Origin: Candidatus Bipolaricaulota bacterium
GTDB lineage: Bacteria; Bipolaricaulota; Bipolaricaulia; UBA7950; UBA9294
Direction: 5' to 3'
DNA length: 45,263 nt
Assembly: GCA_041302485.1 (NCBI GenBank)
Contig: JBFYRA010000030.1
Location: 1 to 45,263 of the forward strand
Both the position numbers and the translations under genes were made by a program. This document shows, one piece after another, positions 26,390 through 34,683 of this stretch (position 1 is its first letter; the number at the start of each line of letters is the position of its first letter). The notes under the pieces were generated by a model, which saw only the letters and a program-made list of their open reading frames with translations, was not told where the DNA came from and ran no database searches.

Positions 26390-26581
26390 ACCTCAGGCGC
26401 GGCGGGCCTTGCGGCCCCCTGAAGATGGAATGGCGGCAGGAACCGAAGCGCGCGTCCTTGAAAAGCGGAGGTTTGGCGCGTATGTATGATGCAAGTTTGA
26501 TGGAGGAATGGTGGAGGGGGTATTCTGGCGAAGCCCGAGACAACGCTCGGAGACAGTTCGCAAGCACGGAGGAGGTAGTCC

Positions 26582-26719
26582 ATGAAGTGGGGCGGATTCA
26601 ATCGCGAAGGAGAGAAGAAGATGAAGAAGCTGTTCAGTGGGAAGGCGCTTACGGTGTTGTTGGCGATCGCGGCGCTCGGACTCTTGATGAGCGAGACGTT
26701 GAAGTGGAGACCGTTCTAG
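26582..26719 (+). CDS. 45-aa peptide, copy 1 of 3 (hydrophobic core, C-terminal ETLKWRPF)
   Basis: MKWGGFNREGEKKMKKLFSGKALTVLLAIAALGLLMSETLKWRPF*. GGAGGAGG lies upstream. An internal ATG at 26621 has its own GGAGAG site. The ORF is below the track cutoff. Confidence 0.7.
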   Translation: MKWGGFNREGEKKMKKLFSGKALTVLLAIAALGLLMSETLKWRPF

Positions 26720-26742
26720 TCGAGCGGCAAGGAGCGAATTCC

Positions 26743-26880
26743 ATGAAGTGGGGCGGGTTCAATCGCGAAGGGGAGAAGAAGATGAAGAAGCTGTTCAGCG
26801 GGAAGGCACTTACGGTGTTGTTGGCGATCGCGGCGCTGGGGCTGCTGATGAGCGAGACGTTGAAGTGGAGACCGTTCTAG
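26743..26880 (+). CDS. 45-aa peptide, copy 2 of 3
   Basis: Identical protein to copy 1. AAGGAG lies 8 nt before the ATG. Copy 2 differs from copy 1 at 8 sites and from copy 3 at 4 sites, all synonymous. Confidence 0.7.
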   Translation: MKWGGFNREGEKKMKKLFSGKALTVLLAIAALGLLMSETLKWRPF

Positions 26881-26903
26881 TCGAGCGGCAAGGAGCGAAT
26901 TCC

Positions 26904-27041
26904 ATGAAGTGGGGCGGATTCAATCGCGAAGGGGAGAAGAAGATGAAGAAGCTGTTCAGCGGGAAGGCGCTTACGGTGTTGTTGGCGATCGCGGCGCTGG
27001 GGCTGTTGATGAGCGAGACGTTGAAGTGGAGGCCGTTCTAG
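26904..27041 (+). CDS. 45-aa peptide, copy 3 of 3
   Basis: Identical protein to copies 1 and 2, with the same 23-nt spacer TCGAGCGGCAAGGAGCGAATTCC upstream. Confidence 0.7.
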   Translation: MKWGGFNREGEKKMKKLFSGKALTVLLAIAALGLLMSETLKWRPF

Positions 27042-27135
27042 TCTGGATCGGCAGTTCGCTGGGCGGGCGTACGGAGTTCTAGTAAGATCCGGGTGACGCG
27101 CGGGATGAGCACAACGGCGACGGCCAGGAGGGTTC

Positions 27136-28443
27136 ATGCAGCTCCCGTTTCGGGCTATGGCTTTTGTAGTCTCACTGGCCCTCCTTGCGCTGGCGTCCCT
27201 GGGCTGGGGAGCGGCGCACCTCCATGCGCCGACAACCGCTGATCTCGTCTTATTCTTCGTCTTCGCAGCCCTGGCGGTGTTCGCCGAGGTCTACGCGACG
27301 TGGATCCCCGCCTACAAGTGGGAGATCTCGAGTTCGATCGCGATCTACCTCGCAGGGCTGTTCATCCTCGGCCCCGATCTGGTTCTTCCGCTCGTCTTCT
27401 TTTCTTCTGTCGTCTCGGAGCTCCTCCTGCGCTGGGGCGCGCGACGTGACACGTGGGCGACGGCCCTCGTACCGATCATATTCAATGTCGGGCAAGCAGT
27501 TGTTGCTGTCACCTGTGCCGGCATTCTCTTGCGCGTGCTCGGCTATGCGACGATCGAGATGCGCGAGGCGAGAGACTTCGCCGTGGCGGTCGGCGCTTTT
27601 CTCGTCTATTTCGCGCTCAACGTGTCCCTTGTGGTCGGGATCATCTCCGCCACCCAGCCGCGCCGGTTCTGGCACCTTCTGTTCGAGAACCTGCGCGCTT
27701 TCTTCGTCCAGTACGCCGTCCTGTGTGTCTCCGCGATCCTTCTTGCCGTCCTGCGTTCGATCTCGATGTGGCACGTCTTTCTCGCCCTCTTCCCTCTGAC
27801 GCTCGTTCACATCTCGTTCCGCAGCTACCTCAAATTGCAGACGCAAGCGCGCAGCACGTTCGAGAGGATGTCGCAGCTGCTCGACGCCCGCGATCACTAC
27901 ACGGCCGTCCACTCGAGCGAGGTCGCAGATCTGGCTCTGGCGGTCGGCCGGGAGATGGGCATGCCGCAGAGCGACCTCGAGCAGATCGACATTGCGGCCC
28001 GCGTGCACGACATCGGCAAAGTCGCGATCCCGGACAAGATCCTTCTCAAGCCCGGCCCGCTCGACGACGCGGAGTGGAAGATCATGAAGACGCACCCCGT
28101 GGTCAGCGCGCAGTTGATCGAAGGGCTCGAGATCTACTCCTCGGTTGCCGAGGCCGTGCGGCATGAGCACGAGCGGTGGGACGGGTCAGGCTACCCCGAC
28201 GGACTGAAGGGCGAGGAAATCCCGCTTATCGCGCGAATCATTGCGACGGCCGACATCTACAACGCGCTGTCGACCGATCGGCCGTACCGGAAGGCCTTCT
28301 CACACGAGGAAACAACTCGCATGATCCGCGAGATGCGGGGAGCGGACATCGATCCGCGGCTGGCGGACGCTCTGCTGCGAGTCATCGACCGACGAGCAGC
28401 CGAGCGTGCCGCGCCCCCTCAATCCGCGGAAGCCCAAGGATGA
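27136..28443 (+). CDS. Multi-TM sensor with cytoplasmic HD-GYP domain (c-di-GMP phosphodiesterase family), 435 aa
   Basis: AGGAGGGTTC-ATG start. The N-terminal ~230 aa is polytopic. HDIGK and [12 protein letters not shown] motifs are present. Confidence 0.9.
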   Translation: MQLPFRAMAFVVSLALLALASLGWGAAHLHAPTTADLVLFFVFAALAVFAEVYATWIPAYKWEISSSIAIYLAGLFILGPDLVLPLVFFSSVVSELLLRWGARRDTWATALVPIIFNVGQAVVAVTCAGILLRVLGYATIEMREARDFAVAVGAFLVYFALNVSLVVGIISATQPRRFWHLLFENLRAFFVQYAVLCVSAILLAVLRSISMWHVFLALFPLTLVHISFRSYLKLQTQARSTFERMSQLLDARDHYTAVHSSEVADLALAVGREMGMPQSDLEQIDIAARVHDIGKVAIPDKILLKPGPLDDAEWKIMKTHPVVSAQLIEGLEIYSSVAEAVRHEHERWDGSGYPDGLKGEEIPLIARIIATADIYNALSTDRPYRKAFSHEETTRMIREMRGADIDPRLADALLRVIDRRAAERAAPPQSAEAQG

Positions 28444-29000
28444 TCTTCCTCTACGCGGTGGCCATCGGAGTGCTTATGGGGTACGCATTCCGCGGCCGGC
28501 TCGCACACCTCGCCGGACTTCCCCTGCGAGGCTTGTGGCTCGTCCTGTTGGCGCTCGTGATCCAACTCCTGATCTTCCCGCTGTTTACACGGGAGCCCCT
28601 TCTTCCGTACGGCACGGCAATTCTGCATGGCGTCTCCTATGGGATCCTGCTTCTCTGGCTCCTCCTCAACCTTCGAAATCGATCGCTGCTCGTCGTCGGA
28701 GCGGGAGCGCTCCTGAATCTCATCGTCGTCTTCGCGAACGGAGGCTACATGCCGGCGTCGTCTACGGCGCTTCGCGTTGCCGGACTTGCGGCAACCGCCG
28801 ACATCGCGGCGCGGGGGGAGACCTATGGGAACATCATCGGGATGAGCGCGGCGACGCGGCTCAACTTCCTCGGCGACTGGATCCCCATGCCCGCCGCGCT
28901 CCCATTCGCACGAGCCATGAGCGTTGGCGACGTCTTGATCATGGCCGGGCTCTTGTGGCTGCTTGTGAACGGGATGAGGCCGCGTGTCGAGAACTCTTGA
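28440..29000 (+). CDS. DUF5317-like polytopic membrane protein (186 aa)
   Basis: ATGA start/stop overlap with the HD-GYP gene. [19 protein letters not shown]... and FANGGYMP resemble the DUF5317 family, which I recall as a frequent HD-GYP neighbour. Confidence 0.7.
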   Translation: MIFLYAVAIGVLMGYAFRGRLAHLAGLPLRGLWLVLLALVIQLLIFPLFTREPLLPYGTAILHGVSYGILLLWLLLNLRNRSLLVVGAGALLNLIVVFANGGYMPASSTALRVAGLAATADIAARGETYGNIIGMSAATRLNFLGDWIPMPAALPFARAMSVGDVLIMAGLLWLLVNGMRPRVENS

Positions 29001-31077
29001 GCGGCTCCTCGCTCCTCGCTCGGTTGCCGTGGTGGGGGCAAGCCCGAAGGCGGGGTCGGTTGGAGGGGAGATCCTGCGGAACCTCCTACGCTGCGGCTTC
29101 TCGGGGCGCATCCACGCCGTCAACCCGAACTACGAGACGATCGACGGGGCCCGTTGCGTCCGCTCTGTGGCAGACCTCAGCGAGCCCGTCGACCTCGCAA
29201 TCCTTGCCATCCACCGCGGCATCGTGCTGGCGGAGGTCGAGCAATGCGCGGAGCGCGGAATCCGCAACCTGGTCATTATCACGGCGGGATTCAAAGAGGC
29301 CGGGAGCGAGGGAGTCGCGCGCGAACAGGCGCTGCGTGACGCGATCACGCGCCACACGCTGAACGTTGTTGGGCCGAACTGCATGGGCATCATCAACAGC
29401 TCGGCGCCGGTCCGGCTCAACGCCTCGTTCTCCCGCTGGTTTCCGAAGCCGGGCGGGATCGCGTTCGTGTCGCAGAGCGGATCGCTTGGGGAGACGCTGC
29501 TCGAATGTTTCGGCGATGCCGGGCTCGGCGTGTCGCTATTCGTCAACCTCGGCAACCGCGCCGGTCTGTCGGAGAACGACTTTCTCGACCATCTCGGGGA
29601 CGATCCGGCGTGCTCGGCGATCTTCCTCTACCTGGAGAGTTTCGCCGAGCCGCGAGGGTTCCGCGAGCACGTCGAACGGATCTCCCGAACGAAACCCGTC
29701 GTTGTGCTCAAGGCAGGGCGAACAGAAGCCGGGGCGGCTGCTGTGGCTTCCCACACAGGCTCGCTTGCGAGCCCCGACGCGATCGTCGAGGCCTTCCTGC
29801 ACCAATCCGGCGCGCTGCGCGTGACGACCATCCAAGAGGCGCTGACCGCCCTCCGGGCAATGGAGCGCGGCGTCGTGCCCCACGGAAACCGAACTCTCAT
29901 CCTGACGAACGCCGGCGGCGCCGGGATCATCGCCGCCGATGCCTGCGAGCGGGTCGGAATTGACGTCCCGGGGTTCGGCGACGAGACCCGGCGTGAGCTT
30001 GCGAGGTTCCTTCCCGCCGAAGCCGGGCTCGGAAATCCGATTGACATGATCGCGACGGCCGGCGCGGACGCGTACGGGCGAAGTCTCGAGGTTGGGCTCT
30101 CGGAGGTCGACTCGGCGATCGTCATCTTCCGCCCGCCGCTCGTCCTCAAGGACTCCCCCGAGGCGGTCGCAGCGCAGATCGTCGCAGGAGCGGCGACGGC
30201 GCCGGACAAGCCCGTTCTCGTGTGCACGTTGAGCGAGCAGTCCACGCCCGCCGTGGAGCGCCTGCGCGCGGCGCGGCTGCCGGTCTACGCCATGCCGGAG
30301 ACCGCGGTGGAGGCTCTGGCCGCGCTCGACCGCGCTCGCCAGATCCGAGAGAGCCGGCACACACCGGAGACGCCGCGATCGTTCGACACGGCGCGAGCCC
30401 GGGCGACACTGGATCGAGCTCGGAGCGAAGGGCGCAACGGACTCTTCTTCGACGAGGGGGCCGAGCTGCTCTCGTCGTACGGCATTCCCGTGTGCGCGTT
30501 CTGCTATGCTACAGACGCGGACGAGGCCGTGGCTGTCGCGCAGGCCCTCGGCACCCCGATCGTCGCCAAGATCGACTCGCCGAAGCTATTCCATCGCTTC
30601 GAGAGCGGTGCCGTCGTGACTGGGCTTTCCGAGGCGAGGGAACTGCGCTCGGCCGTAGCGCGCCTGCTCGAGATCGCGCGAAGGAGCGGTCTCGACGACG
30701 CGCGTATCCTGCTGCAGGAGACGCGGCGCGGGCGCGAACTCATCTACGGCGTCGAGCGAGATCCCGCGTTCGGCCCGGTGGCGATGTTTGGGCTGGGCGG
30801 CACGCTGGTCGAGGCGCTGCACGACGTCGCGTTCGCTGTCGCGCCGATCAGCTCGTATCAAGCGATGACCGCCGTTCGGTCGATCCGCTCGTTCCGCCTC
30901 CTTGAGGCGTTCCGTGGCGAGGAAGCGGTCGACCTCGCTCCGCTGGTCGACCTCCTGACGTCGCTCGGCCAGCTGGCTCTCGACCTGCCCGAGATCGAAG
31001 AGATCGACCTCAACCCCGTCATCGCCAAGGCGGGCTCTGCTGCGGCTGTCGACATCCTGGTCAAGCTCGCGGCTTAG
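28984..31077 (+). CDS. ADP-forming acyl-/acetyl-CoA synthetase, fused alpha-beta (CoA-binding + ATP-grasp), 697 aa
   Basis: PRSVAVVGASPK...NPNY CoA-binding opening, ITAGF, GPNCMG, and a C-terminal ATP-grasp domain. There is no GNAT domain, so it is not Pat. Confidence 0.85.
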   Translation: MSRTLERLLAPRSVAVVGASPKAGSVGGEILRNLLRCGFSGRIHAVNPNYETIDGARCVRSVADLSEPVDLAILAIHRGIVLAEVEQCAERGIRNLVIITAGFKEAGSEGVAREQALRDAITRHTLNVVGPNCMGIINSSAPVRLNASFSRWFPKPGGIAFVSQSGSLGETLLECFGDAGLGVSLFVNLGNRAGLSENDFLDHLGDDPACSAIFLYLESFAEPRGFREHVERISRTKPVVVLKAGRTEAGAAAVASHTGSLASPDAIVEAFLHQSGALRVTTIQEALTALRAMERGVVPHGNRTLILTNAGGAGIIAADACERVGIDVPGFGDETRRELARFLPAEAGLGNPIDMIATAGADAYGRSLEVGLSEVDSAIVIFRPPLVLKDSPEAVAAQIVAGAATAPDKPVLVCTLSEQSTPAVERLRAARLPVYAMPETAVEALAALDRARQIRESRHTPETPRSFDTARARATLDRARSEGRNGLFFDEGAELLSSYGIPVCAFCYATDADEAVAVAQALGTPIVAKIDSPKLFHRFESGAVVTGLSEARELRSAVARLLEIARRSGLDDARILLQETRRGRELIYGVERDPAFGPVAMFGLGGTLVEALHDVAFAVAPISSYQAMTAVRSIRSFRLLEAFRGEEAVDLAPLVDLLTSLGQLALDLPEIEEIDLNPVIAKAGSAAAVDILVKLAA

Positions 31078-31078
31078 G

Positions 31079-32374
31079 CTACGGATAGAGCCGGTGGATC
31101 TGTCGCGGGAACGGGATGACTTCCCGGATATGTGCCGCGCCGCAAATCCACGTGATGACGCGCTCGAGGCCCATGCCGAACCCCGAGTGCGGCACCGATC
31201 CGTATCTCCGCAGATCGATGTACCACTCGTACGCGGCGCGCGGGAGCTTGTTCTCTTCGAGCTGCGCAATGAGCTCGGCTTCGGTGTCGACGCGTTGACT
31301 GCCGCCGATGATCTCGCCGTAGCCCTCCGGCGCAATCAGATCCGCCGCGAGCACGCGTGTCGGGTCTTTGGGGTCGCGCTTCATGTAGAACGGCTTCATC
31401 GAGACGGGGAAGCGCTCGATGAACACGGGGCGTCCGAAGTGGGCGCCAAGCGTTTCCTCCTCGGGTGCGCCGAAGTCGTCGCCGAACTGGACATCGTGGT
31501 CCTTCCCCTTGAGAAGATCGATCGCGTCGCCGTAGTCGATGCGCGCGAACGGTTGGCGCACCACGGCGAGCAGTGCGTCGGCGTCGCGTTCCAGCGCGAC
31601 GAGTTCAGCCCGGCGCTCGGCGACGACGGCCTCGACGAGTGTGCGCACAAGATCTTCCTGCAGACGGAGGTTGGCGTCGTGGTCGCAGAAGGCCATCTCG
31701 GCCTCGGCAATCCAAAACTCCGTGACGTGCTTGCGCGTCTTCGACTTCTCGGCGCGAAACGCCGGCCCGATCCAGTAGACCCGCCCGAGGGCCATCGCCG
31801 TCGCCTCGAGGTACAGCTGGCCGCTCTGGCTCAGATATGCCTTGTCGCCGAAGTAGTCGAGCTCGAAGAGGGTCGTGGTTCCCTCGACCGACGCGCCGGT
31901 CAAGATTGGCGCTTCCGTCGCGACGAATCCTCGCTCGTGGAAGAAGGCGCGAAAGGCGCGGAATGCCGAGTCGCGGACGCGCAGGATAGGAACCTGACGC
32001 CCGGTACGAATCCACAGATGGCGATGATCGAGAAGGAAGCCTGGCGTCTGCTCCTTGAGCTCGATCGGGAAATCGATCGTCGGCTCGTGAAGGACGTCGA
32101 GCGCGGTGAGCTGCATCTCGCAGCCGCTTGGAGCGCGACGATCCCCGCGCAACGTTCCGCTGACGACGACCGAGGTCTCGCGCGGCAGGCGCACGGCGAG
32201 CGCAAACAGGTCGGGGTTGTCGGACTCCGAGAGCACGGCCTGCAGAACCCCCGTTCCATCCCGCAGTTGCAGGAAGAGGATCTTCCCGCTCGACCGTTTG
32301 TTGTAGAGCCAGCCCTTGAGGATGACCGCCTCTCCCAGATGGCTGAGAGCCTCGGAGACTGTGATCGATACCAT
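31079..32374 (-). CDS. asnS: Asparagine--tRNA ligase (431 aa)
   Basis: GGAGGGGCGGCG-ATG start. It is collinear with Thermus-type AsnRS from memory: GWLYNKRSSGKILFLQLRDGTG, DHRHLW, FRAEKSKTRKHVTEFW, GYGEIIGGSQR, GSVPHSGFGMGLERV...IPFPR. Confidence 0.9.
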   Translation of the reverse strand: MVSITVSEALSHLGEAVILKGWLYNKRSSGKILFLQLRDGTGVLQAVLSESDNPDLFALAVRLPRETSVVVSGTLRGDRRAPSGCEMQLTALDVLHEPTIDFPIELKEQTPGFLLDHRHLWIRTGRQVPILRVRDSAFRAFRAFFHERGFVATEAPILTGASVEGTTTLFELDYFGDKAYLSQSGQLYLEATAMALGRVYWIGPAFRAEKSKTRKHVTEFWIAEAEMAFCDHDANLRLQEDLVRTLVEAVVAERRAELVALERDADALLAVVRQPFARIDYGDAIDLLKGKDHDVQFGDDFGAPEEETLGAHFGRPVFIERFPVSMKPFYMKRDPKDPTRVLAADLIAPEGYGEIIGGSQRVDTEAELIAQLEENKLPRAAYEWYIDLRRYGSVPHSGFGMGLERVITWICGAAHIREVIPFPRQIHRLYP

Positions 32375-32460
32375 CGCCGCCCCTCCGTTGTTTCGGTCTG
32401 GAGAGGGTAGGAGAGCGAGACCCCATTTGCAAGACTCCGTCGCCATGGAGATGTTGACAA

Positions 32461-33186
32461 ATGACAACACCGTCCGTAGACTCGCCCGCCGTGAGCAAGA
32501 AGGAGTTCGGAGACCTCATCCACGCCGCACGATCGGAGAAGAGCCTCAGTCTGCGGCGATTGGCCAGCCTGACCGGCGTCGACTACAGCCGCCTGGCGCG
32601 CATCGAACGCGGGACCCGTCCGGCTCCCGACCTCGCGTCGATCCGAACCCTCGCGGGGGCTCTCGATCTTGACCTTGGGGAGCTGCTGGTCGCCGCGGGC
32701 ACATCGCGCTCCGTGATGGAGGATCTCGTGTGGTCCGAGCGCATGCGCCTCGGGCGGGCGGTTCCCGATCTGGGCGCCTATCGGCCCGGACTGTCTCAGC
32801 TTCGTGAGAGGAACACGTTTGACGGGCCAGTCACGGCGCGGCACGGCGCCCTGTGCAGCGTGCGCGTTGGCAGCATTCCCATCCGAGTCCTTTCGTTCTC
32901 GCCTGCCGCTCGGCTTCGCCTGGTGATCCCGCCGGAGACGGTGGGAGTGTCAGCCGCTGCTCCGACGGAAGCAGGCGGGGCATCGACCACCCTCTTCTCC
33001 GCCCGGGTTGCGAAGGTCCGCGCCATCGGGCAACTCGTCAATCTCGTCCTTGCGGCGGATGGCTTCGAGGTGAACGCGCTCTACGCCGCAGACCCGAGCG
33101 AGTCGGTTCCCGCACGCGGGGACTCCATCTTTGTCACGCTCTTGACCGCAGCGATGTACACAACACCGATAAAGGAGCAAGCATGA
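32461..33186 (+). CDS. XRE-family HTH regulator with C-terminal TOBE-like (Mop-like OB) domain(s)
   Basis: EFGDLIHAARSEKSLSLRRLASLTGVDYSRLARIERG is an HTH_3-type motif. The C-terminal part, FSARVAKVRAIGQLVNLVLAADGFEVNALYAAD...GDSIFVTL, looks like TOBE. An alternative in-frame GTG at 32491 would be leaderless behind TTGACA-N17-TAGACT (32454-32482). Confidence 0.75.
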   Translation: MTTPSVDSPAVSKKEFGDLIHAARSEKSLSLRRLASLTGVDYSRLARIERGTRPAPDLASIRTLAGALDLDLGELLVAAGTSRSVMEDLVWSERMRLGRAVPDLGAYRPGLSQLRERNTFDGPVTARHGALCSVRVGSIPIRVLSFSPAARLRLVIPPETVGVSAAAPTEAGGASTTLFSARVAKVRAIGQLVNLVLAADGFEVNALYAADPSESVPARGDSIFVTLLTAAMYTTPIKEQA

Positions 33187-34676
33187 GAACAAGAGGGGTC
33201 GGAGGGCTGAGCATCGTCATCGCTCTTGTCGGACTCTCAACGATCGCCATGGGGGCGGACTCGTGGAGCGTCACTGTTCAGAATGGAGATCGCGTCGTGA
33301 AGGTGGACCTGCCGCTTCTCGAGATCAGCGCCGGTGGGACGGTCGCCTATGAGGGGCCCGCGATGAGCGACGGCGCCGAGAACTGGAAGTCCACAAAGAC
33401 GTACCATGGCATCCCGGTGGCGGCGATCCTGTCGGACGTCGGCGGCATGGGACCGGATGACGTTCTATCCGTCATCGCCGGAGATGGGTACACGAAAGAA
33501 CTTCCCTACTCCGCCCTCTCCGGCAACACGCCTGCCGGGACGCCGATCCTCGGGCTCGAAGTCGGATCGGACGGAGAGGATGGACCGACCCTCGTTTTCC
33601 TTGCGCCCGATGAGAGACTCTCGAATGCGGACATGCTGGCGGCACTCGGGCCGGAGTACTCCCACTACTACGGAGACAAGCCATCGACGACCGGCCTGCT
33701 CGTGAAGGGCGTTGCCTACCTGATCGTCAACTACGACGGGTCGGCTCTCCCCCCGGCAGCCGAGACGGCGACCGTCGCCTCGGGACCCGCGGACGGCGTG
33801 GTTCTCGCGGTCACGAGCGGCGGAGAGACGCGGTCGTACACGATGGCCGACCTCGGTTTGCTGGAGTCTGTTACGGCGCCGGGCACGTTCACTACGTCGG
33901 CCGGCGTTGACTACACCGCAACGTACACCGGGGTCCCGTTCTCGGCGCTCCTCGGGAACGCTCCAAGCGACGGCACGGTGCGAGTCACGGCGTCCGACGG
34001 CTACTCGATGAACTACCCCGTCTCCCAGTTGCTCGATCGCTCGACGGCGGCGTGGATTCTCGCCTACTTGGAGAATGACTGGTGGATGCCGCTCGATCCG
34101 GGCTACCTGCGAGTCGTCCAGGTTGGAAGCGAGAACCCGCACTTCACGAGCTCGCTCTCGGCACGGATGGTGACCCAGATTGAGGTTCTTGGGACGTACA
34201 CGGAGTACACGCTCACACTGACCGGTGAGACGACGCGCGTCTTCACGCGCGGCGAACTGGAGGCTGGGATTGGCTGCCCGTGCCATACGAAGACGGTCAC
34301 GACCACGATGAAGGGCGTGACGGCCTCGTACTCGGGACTTCCTTTGTGGCGCCTTCTCGCCTACGTGGACGGCGGGTCGGCACCGGCGCCCGAACAGGGC
34401 ATCCACTACGATGAAGTGGACTTCAACGACGCGCTGGCTGCCGAAGGCTACATGGTCGCTCTCACCGCGTCGGACGGATACACCCAGAGTGTGCCTGCGA
34501 GCGTCATCGCGCACGACGACCGCTTCATTGTCGCGTTCAAGAAGGACGGCAAGTTCCTCGATCCGGCGTCCGAGGGGGCGATGCGCTTCGTCTTCGATGA
34601 CTCCGTCGTCTTTCCCGATGGCGTTTCGCTGAAGTCGGTCAAGTTCCTGGTGTCGATCTCGATCGGTCCGAAGTAG
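33183..34676 (+). CDS. Secreted protein with three tandem sulfite-oxidase/YedY-like (Oxidored_molyb-like) modules (497 aa)
   Basis: AAAGGAGCAAGC-ATG start with an ATGA overlap on the regulator stop. The signal peptide is MRTRGVGGLSIVIALVGLSTIAMGAD. Three modules each carry Y-x-G-[IVL]-P-[VFL]-x-x-[IL]-L ... [GS]DGY[TS], and each ends in a beta-strand like RMVTQIEVLG or LKSVKFLVSISI. Confidence 0.7.
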   Translation: MRTRGVGGLSIVIALVGLSTIAMGADSWSVTVQNGDRVVKVDLPLLEISAGGTVAYEGPAMSDGAENWKSTKTYHGIPVAAILSDVGGMGPDDVLSVIAGDGYTKELPYSALSGNTPAGTPILGLEVGSDGEDGPTLVFLAPDERLSNADMLAALGPEYSHYYGDKPSTTGLLVKGVAYLIVNYDGSALPPAAETATVASGPADGVVLAVTSGGETRSYTMADLGLLESVTAPGTFTTSAGVDYTATYTGVPFSALLGNAPSDGTVRVTASDGYSMNYPVSQLLDRSTAAWILAYLENDWWMPLDPGYLRVVQVGSENPHFTSSLSARMVTQIEVLGTYTEYTLTLTGETTRVFTRGELEAGIGCPCHTKTVTTTMKGVTASYSGLPLWRLLAYVDGGSAPAPEQGIHYDEVDFNDALAAEGYMVALTASDGYTQSVPASVIAHDDRFIVAFKKDGKFLDPASEGAMRFVFDDSVVFPDGVSLKSVKFLVSISIGPK

Positions 34677-34683
34677 GTTCGAC

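Larger units (their letters stand above)
26582..27041 (+). repeat. Tandem triplication of a 161-bp unit (138-nt ORF + 23-nt spacer)
   Basis: Units start at 26582, 26743 and 26904. There are 9 variable nucleotide positions across the three ORFs, and the spacers are identical. Confidence 0.95.
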
